From IMG/VR virus record IMGVR_UViG_2690316121_000008, positions 1 to 31,188 of that record: a stretch of 31,188 bases of DNA; one strand, written 5' to 3'. Below the pieces are notes generated by a model. The model ran no database searches. It was not told the DNA's origin and worked only from the letters and a program-made list of their open reading frames with translations. Both the position numbers and the translations under genes were made by a program. Positions 25,977 through 31,188 of the stretch are shown piece by piece. How positions within the stretch are numbered: the first letter of the stretch is position 1; each line of letters begins with the position of its first letter. The DNA is from a virus. Lineage: Duplodnaviria > Heunggongvirae > Uroviricota > Caudoviricetes.

Positions 25977-26366
25977 ATGATGTTTCTGAAACAGGGCACG
26001 TTTAATTATGAAAAACAGTCCGTGGTGCTCAGTGAGCTGTCCGGGCTGCAGAGAATTGAATATCTGGCGTTTGTTCAGCAGCGAACGGCAAAGTTTGATG
26101 CCGAAGAGGGAGAACTGCCGGAGGCTGAACGACAGATTGCTTTTCTGCGGATGGGGATGGATATCAATGCCTGGCTGGTTTCCCGCTCACTGTGGAATGC
26201 GGAACAGTCTCAGGATGTTGAGACGCTTTGCGCATCCGTTATTACAACATGGTCGTATGATGCCCTGGGAGCGGGGGCGGAGATGGTTCTGTCGCTGAGC
26301 GGTATGGGAGCCATTGAGAATGCCGGGGATTTGGAGCATGAGGTGCTGACGCCGGAAAAGTCCTGA
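25977..26366 (+). CDS. G: Tail assembly chaperone G (lambda gpG homologue)
   Basis: MMFLKQG... LSELSGLQRIEYLAF resembles lambda G (MFLK... LSELSALQRIEHLAL); followed by a -1 frame ORF overlapping its 3' end. Confidence 0.8.
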   Translation: MMFLKQGTFNYEKQSVVLSELSGLQRIEYLAFVQQRTAKFDAEEGELPEAERQIAFLRMGMDINAWLVSRSLWNAEQSQDVETLCASVITTWSYDALGAGAEMVLSLSGMGAIENAGDLEHEVLTPEKS

Positions 26367-26704
26367 CGCGGGAAATGCAGTTTGTCATGCGGCTTGCCCG
26401 GGAGTTCCGGCGGGCAGACTGGCGGCGGATGCTGTCGGAAATGTCGGCCACTGAGCTTGGTGAGTGGGGCGATTATTTCCGGATGCAGAGCTTCAGTGAT
26501 GTGTGGATGGATGCGCAGTTTGCCTCGCTGAAGGCATTGATCGTGAGAATGGTGTCCGGCAGCAGTGATGCTGCGGTGGCTGATTTCAGCCTTTTACCGG
26601 AAGAGAACGGGATACCGGAGCGAACGGACGAAGAACTGATGCATCTTGGGGAAGGTATTTCCGGAGGTGTGCGTTATGGACCAGATAGCCAACCTGGTCA
26701 TTGA
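26342..26704 (+). CDS. T: T segment of tail assembly chaperone G-T (expressed as G-T fusion via programmed -1 frameshift)
   Basis: Open -1 frame relative to G starting at 26342 (after an in-frame TGA at 26339-26341) and overlapping the last 8 codons of G; arrangement conserved with lambda G/T; slip site not canonical (CCGGAAAAG). Confidence 0.5.
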   Translation, partial: GADAGKVLTREMQFVMRLAREFRRADWRRMLSEMSATELGEWGDYFRMQSFSDVWMDAQFASLKALIVRMVSGSSDAAVADFSLLPEENGIPERTDEELMHLGEGISGGVRYGPDSQPGH

Positions 26705-29700
26705 TTTGGGGATTGATGCGGCAGAGTTTAAAAATGAAATTCCCCGTATCAAAAACCTTCTGAATGGTGCAGCCAGCGATACAGAACGGTCTTCTGCCCG
26801 TATGCAGCGTTTTATGGAGCGTCAGACTCAGGCCGCCCGGCAGACAATGCAGGCGGCTTCTTCGGCTGCAACAGCCGCATCCGTCCATGCGCAGACGGTG
26901 GAGAAGAGCGCACAGGCTCATGAACGCATGGCCCGCGAGGTGGAGCAAACCCGCCAGCGTATGGAGGCACTGAGCCAGAAAATGCGCGAGGAACAGGCGC
27001 TGGCCATGGCTCTGGCGGAGGCTCAGGATAAAGCGGCTGCTGCGTTTTATCGTCAGATTGACAGTGTGAAACAGGCCAGTGCGGGGCTGCAGGAATTACA
27101 GCGTATTCAGCAGCAGATCCGACAGGCCAGAAACAGTGGCGGGATTGGTCAGCAGGATTATCTGGCGCTGATTTCTGAGGTTGCTGCGAAAACCCGTGTT
27201 CTTACACAGGCTGAGGAAGAGGCTACCCGACAGAAAGTGGCGTTTATCCGTCAGCTCAAAGAGCAGGCAACCCGCCAGAATCTTTCATCTTCTGAGTTGC
27301 TTCGTGCTAAGGCAGCCCAGCTGGGGGTAAGCAGTGCTGCAGAAGTGTATATCCGCAAAATGGAGCAGGCAGGAAAAGCCACGCATTCGCTGGGTCTGAA
27401 AAGTGCAGCAGCCCGCCAGGAGATAGGCGTTCTGATAGGTGAACTGGCCCGCGGCAATTTAGGGGCGCTGAGGGGATCCGGGATAACGCTGGCTAACCGT
27501 GCCGGATGGATAGACACACTGATGTCACCGAAAGGCATGATGCCAGGCGGGGTTATTGGCGGTATTGCCGCGGCCGTCTATGGTCTGGGTAAAGCCTGGT
27601 ATGACGGTCAGAAGGAGGGGGAAGAATTTAACCGCCAGTTGTCGCTGACGGGGCATTATGCCGGAGTCACTGCCGGGCAGCTGTGGACGCTCAGTCGTGC
27701 TATTTCCGGGAATGGTATCACGCAACATGCTGCAGCCGGTGCGCTGGCTCAGGTGGTGGGGAGTGGTGCATTTCGTGGAAACGATATCGGTATGGTGGCG
27801 AGAGCTGCCGCACAGATGGAGCGATCGGTTGGCCAGTCGGTCAGCGATACCATAAATCAGTTTAAGCGGCTGAAGGATGATCCTGTAAATGCCGCGAAGG
27901 CTCTGGACAATGAGCTGCATTTTCTTACTGCCACTCAGCTTGAGCAGATACGCGTCCTTGGGGAGCAGGGGCGGTCCAGTGATGCTGCACGGATAGCCAT
28001 GTCTGCACTGGCGGAGGAAACCGGTCGGCGTACTGCGGATATTGATAATAACCTCAATGCGCTGGGTAGTACGCTGCAAACCTTGTCTGACTGGTGGAAG
28101 CAGTTCTGGGATGCGGCCATGAATATTGGTCGTGAAGATTCGCTGGATGCGCAGATTGCCACTTTGCAGGAGAAAGTGTCGCGGGCGAAAAGACTCCCCT
28201 GGACGGCATCATCTTCTCAGGTTGAATACGATCAGCAGCGTCTTAACGATCTTCAGGAGAAAAAACGCCAGAAGGATTTGCAGGATGCAAAAGAGCAGGC
28301 AGAGCGGAATTATCAGGAGCAACAGAAACGCCGTAATGCTGAAAATGCTGCACTGAACCGGATGAATGAAACGGAAGCAGCACGACATCAGCGTGAAATT
28401 GCGCGTATTAATGCCATGCAGTACGCCGATCAGGCTGTCAGGGATGCGGCGATACAACGTGAAAATGAACGTTACGAGAAAGCCCAGGCATCCGGTAAGA
28501 AAAAAACACGCGAAACCCGTAATGATGAGGCCACCCGGTTATTGCTGCAGTACAGTCAGCAACAGGCACAGGTGGAAGGACAGATTGCTGCTGCCAGACA
28601 GTCAGCAGGCATTGCCACGGAAAGGATGACAGAAGCGCATAAACAGCTTCTGGCTCTGCAGCAGCGCATCAGCGACCTGGACGGGAAAAAACTGACGGCA
28701 GATGAAAAGAGTGTGCTGGCCCGTAAAGATGAACTGATTCAGGCACTGACGCTGCTGGATATAAAACAGCAGGAGCTTCAGAAACAGACGGCACTCAACG
28801 ATCTGAAGAAAAAAACAATTCAGCTGACCAGTCAACTGGCTGAAGAAGAGCGCGCTCAGCGTCAGCAACATGACCTGGATATCGCCACGGTGGGTATGGG
28901 TGATCAGCAGCGGCAGCGATATCAGGTACAACTGAGTCTTCGCCAGAAATACCAGCAACAGCTGGAGCAGTTGAGGCGGGATAGTGAGCAGAAAGGGACA
29001 TATAACACGGATGACTACAGAAAGGCCGAGCAGGCGCTGACGGAGAGCCTGAACCGGCAGTTGAGTGAAAACAAACGCTACTGGCAGGAACTGGAAGTGG
29101 CTCAGGGTGACTGGAAAAACGGTGCCATGCGGGCGTTTAAGAATTTTACGGCCGATGCGGATAATGCGGCAGGAACTGCTGAACAAATGTTTACAGCGGC
29201 ATTCAGCAGTGCGAGCGACGGACTGGCGACATTCTGTACCACTGGCAAACTCAATTTCAAATCCTTCACCTCTTCTCTGTTGTCTGATATGGCAAAAATT
29301 ATGGCACAGATGGCTATGATGCAGGCGGTAAAGGGCGTCGGTTCTTTATTCGACATCACGGCTAATGCTGATGGCGGTGTTTATCAGTCTGCTGATTTGA
29401 GTCGCTACAGTGGCACGGTGGTTAACCGTCCGACGTTTTTTGCTTTTGCAAAAGGCGCAGGTGTGATGGGGGAAGCGGGACCTGAAGCCATTCTGCCTCT
29501 GCGTCGTGGTGCTGACGGTAAGCTGGGGGTTGTGGCGGATATTGGTGGTTCAGGTATGGCGATGTTTGCCCCGCAGTACAACATCGAGATCAATAACGAT
29601 GGCACGAACGGGCAGATAGGTCCGGCTGCCCTGAAGGCGGTTTATGACCTCGGGAAAAAAGCGGCAGCGGACTTTATGCAACAGCAGGCCCGTGATGGTG

Positions 29701-29726
29701 GTCGGTTAAGTGGAGCATATCGGTAA
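26676..29726 (+). CDS. H: Tail tape measure protein H (lambda gpH homologue, extended)
   Basis: 1016 aa from ATG 26676 (GGAGG 8 nt upstream); N-terminus MDQIANLVIDLGIDAAEF and C-terminus NNDGTNGQIGPAALKAVYD...RDGG match lambda H; long coiled-coil centre. Confidence 0.9.
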   Translation: MDQIANLVIDLGIDAAEFKNEIPRIKNLLNGAASDTERSSARMQRFMERQTQAARQTMQAASSAATAASVHAQTVEKSAQAHERMAREVEQTRQRMEALSQKMREEQALAMALAEAQDKAAAAFYRQIDSVKQASAGLQELQRIQQQIRQARNSGGIGQQDYLALISEVAAKTRVLTQAEEEATRQKVAFIRQLKEQATRQNLSSSELLRAKAAQLGVSSAAEVYIRKMEQAGKATHSLGLKSAAARQEIGVLIGELARGNLGALRGSGITLANRAGWIDTLMSPKGMMPGGVIGGIAAAVYGLGKAWYDGQKEGEEFNRQLSLTGHYAGVTAGQLWTLSRAISGNGITQHAAAGALAQVVGSGAFRGNDIGMVARAAAQMERSVGQSVSDTINQFKRLKDDPVNAAKALDNELHFLTATQLEQIRVLGEQGRSSDAARIAMSALAEETGRRTADIDNNLNALGSTLQTLSDWWKQFWDAAMNIGREDSLDAQIATLQEKVSRAKRLPWTASSSQVEYDQQRLNDLQEKKRQKDLQDAKEQAERNYQEQQKRRNAENAALNRMNETEAARHQREIARINAMQYADQAVRDAAIQRENERYEKAQASGKKKTRETRNDEATRLLLQYSQQQAQVEGQIAAARQSAGIATERMTEAHKQLLALQQRISDLDGKKLTADEKSVLARKDELIQALTLLDIKQQELQKQTALNDLKKKTIQLTSQLAEEERAQRQQHDLDIATVGMGDQQRQRYQVQLSLRQKYQQQLEQLRRDSEQKGTYNTDDYRKAEQALTESLNRQLSENKRYWQELEVAQGDWKNGAMRAFKNFTADADNAAGTAEQMFTAAFSSASDGLATFCTTGKLNFKSFTSSLLSDMAKIMAQMAMMQAVKGVGSLFDITANADGGVYQSADLSRYSGTVVNRPTFFAFAKGAGVMGEAGPEAILPLRRGADGKLGVVADIGGSGMAMFAPQYNIEINNDGTNGQIGPAALKAVYDLGKKAAADFMQQQARDGGRLSGAYR

Positions 29727-30055
29727 TGGAGACGTTTCACTGGAAAGTGCGTCCGGATATGAATGTGGTATCAGAGCCGAAAGTGGTGACAGTGAAGCTG
29801 GGCGATGGTTATGAACAGCGTCGTGCGGCGGGACTGAATAACCAGTTGTCGACTTACAGCGTGACGATACGTGTTCGTAAATGTGAACACCCATCTTTAA
29901 AAGCCTTTCTGGAACGGCATGGTGGCGTCCGCGCATTTCAGTGGACGCCACCTTATGACTGGAAGCCGATCAGGGTGGTTTGTCGTAAATGGTCGGCAAG
30001 CGTGGGGGCGTTGTGGGTAACCATAACGGCAGATTTTGAACAGGTCGTGGCATAG
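29726..30055 (+). CDS. M: Minor tail protein M (lambda gpM homologue)
   Basis: 109 aa, same length as lambda M; ATG overlaps H stop (TAATG). Confidence 0.9.
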   Translation: METFHWKVRPDMNVVSEPKVVTVKLGDGYEQRRAAGLNNQLSTYSVTIRVRKCEHPSLKAFLERHGGVRAFQWTPPYDWKPIRVVCRKWSASVGALWVTITADFEQVVA

Positions 30056-30064
30056 GAGGCCCTG

Positions 30065-30763
30065 ATGCAGGATATTCCACAGGAAACACATCATGAGACG
30101 ACACGCCTCACTCAGTCAGCCCAGGTAGTGCTCTGGGAAATCGATCTGACAGAGGTCGGTGGAGAACGTTATTTTTTCTGTAATGAGCAGAACGAAAAAG
30201 GTGAGCCGGTTACCTGGCAGGGGCGGCAGTATCAGGCATACCCCATTCAGGGGACAGGATTTGAACTGAACGGCAAGGGCAGTGCTGCCCGTCCGACACT
30301 GACGGTTTCTAACCTGCACGGCATGGTCACCGGGATGGCGGAAGACCTGCAGAGTCTGGTCGGCGGAACGGTGGTCCGGCGTAAGGTTTACGCCCGTTTT
30401 CTGGATGCGGTGAACTTCGTCAACGGAAACAGCGATGCCGATCCGGAGCAGGAGGTGATCAGCCGCTGGCGCATCGAGCAGTGCAGCGAACTGAGCGCAG
30501 TCAGTGCCTCTTTTGTACTGGCCACGCCGACGGAAACGGATGGTGCTGTTTTTCCGGGGCGCATCATGCTGGCCAACACCTGCACCTGGAGCTATCGCGG
30601 TGATGAGTGCGGTTATAGCGGTCCGGCGGTCGCGGATGAATATGACCAGCCGACGTCCGATATCACGAAGGATAAATGCAGCAAATGCATGAGCGGGTGT
30701 GAACTTCGCGGCATGGTCGCTAATTTTAGTGGTTTCCTTTCCATTAACAAACTTTCGCAGTAA
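30065..30763 (+). CDS. L: Minor tail protein L (lambda gpL homologue)
   Basis: 232 aa; VVLWEIDLTEVGGERYFFCNEQNEKGEPVTWQGRQYQ and C-terminal Cys cluster near-identical to lambda L as recalled; AGGAGG Shine-Dalgarno. Confidence 0.9.
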   Translation: MQDIPQETHHETTRLTQSAQVVLWEIDLTEVGGERYFFCNEQNEKGEPVTWQGRQYQAYPIQGTGFELNGKGSAARPTLTVSNLHGMVTGMAEDLQSLVGGTVVRRKVYARFLDAVNFVNGNSDADPEQEVISRWRIEQCSELSAVSASFVLATPTETDGAVFPGRIMLANTCTWSYRGDECGYSGPAVADEYDQPTSDITKDKCSKCMSGCELRGMVANFSGFLSINKLSQ

Positions 30764-30768
30764 ATCCC

Positions 30769-31188
30769 ATGACAGAGACAGAATCAGCGATTCTGGCGCA
30801 CGCCCGGCGATGTGCGCCAGCGGAGTCGTGCGGCTTCGTGGTGAGAACGCCGGAAGGGGAAAGATATTTTCCCTGCGTGAATATCTCCGGTGAGCCGGAG
30901 GCGTATTTCCGGATGTCGCCGGAGGACTGGCTGCGGGCAGAGATGCAGGGTGAGATTGTGGCGCTGGTCCACAGCCACCCCGGTGGTCTGCCCTGGCTGA
31001 GTGAGGCCGACCGGCGGCTGCAGGTGCAGAGTGATTTGCCGTGGTGGCTGGTCTGCCGGGGAGTGATTCATAAGTTCCGCTGTGTGCCGCATCTTACCGG
31101 GCGGCGCTTTGAGCACGGGGTGACTGACTGTTACACGCTGTTCCGGGATGCTTATCATCTGGCGGGGATTGAGATGCCGGATTTTCAT
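30769..31188 (+). CDS. K: Tail assembly protein K (lambda gpK homologue), 3'-truncated by window end
   Basis: Hand translation from ATG 30769: MTETESAILAHARRCAPAESCGFVV...HSHPGG...; near-identical to lambda K N-terminus (JAB/MPN-like HSHP motif); no stop before the window edge. Confidence 0.85.
   Translation, partial: MTETESAILAHARRCAPAESCGFVVRTPEGERYFPCVNISGEPEAYFRMSPEDWLRAEMQGEIVALVHSHPGGLPWLSEADRRLQVQSDLPWWLVCRGVIHKFRCVPHLTGRRFEHGVTDCYTLFRDAYHLAGIEMPDFH

Noticed and set aside
27525-29186. Large minus-strand ORFs (184 aa and 194 aa) inside the tape measure gene
   Set aside because: Antisense to a well-supported lambda H homologue; long antisense ORFs are expected in long repetitive coiled-coil coding sequence.
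30784-31188. 134-aa minus-strand ORF at the right edge
   Set aside because: Antisense to the plus-strand gpK homologue, which hand translation shows to be near-identical to lambda K.

Overview
This window reads as the left ~31 kb of a lambdoid (lambda-like) temperate prophage of an enterobacterial host, starting exactly at the integrase start codon and running off the right edge inside the tail gene K homologue. Order: P4-type tyrosine integrase (+) | leftward cargo/early-left genes (AT-rich 7-TM membrane protein, AlpA/Xis-like HTH, HD-domain YfdR-like, YfdQ-like, YfdP-like) | small AT-rich moron | CI-like S24 repressor divergent from a Cro-like gene across a perfect palindromic operator | early-right/replication genes (CII-like, two unknowns, HTH initiator-like gene with embedded iteron-like repeats) | nin-like region (PerC-like, LexA-DNA-binding-domain-only protein, RusA, KilA-N, DUF968/HNH-like) | Q antiterminator and tR'-like terminator | four tRNAs (Ile2/CAU, Arg/UCU, Thr/UGU, Gly/UCC) | lysis cassette (S21-type pinholin, SAR endolysin, Rz/Rz1) interrupted by two unknown genes | lambda-like cos | Nu1/A-like terminase, W-like, portal, fused protease-capsid | lambda-type tail genes FII-like, Z, U, V, G/T, H, M, L, K (partial). 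All calls come from reading the six-frame translations and the DNA by eye and from remembered family hallmarks; no database search was run. The candidates I rate highest for undescribed biology are the two-gene insertion inside the lysis cassette, the integrase-proximal membrane protein, the LexA-DBD-only protein and the structured leader of the N-less early-left operon; none is established here.
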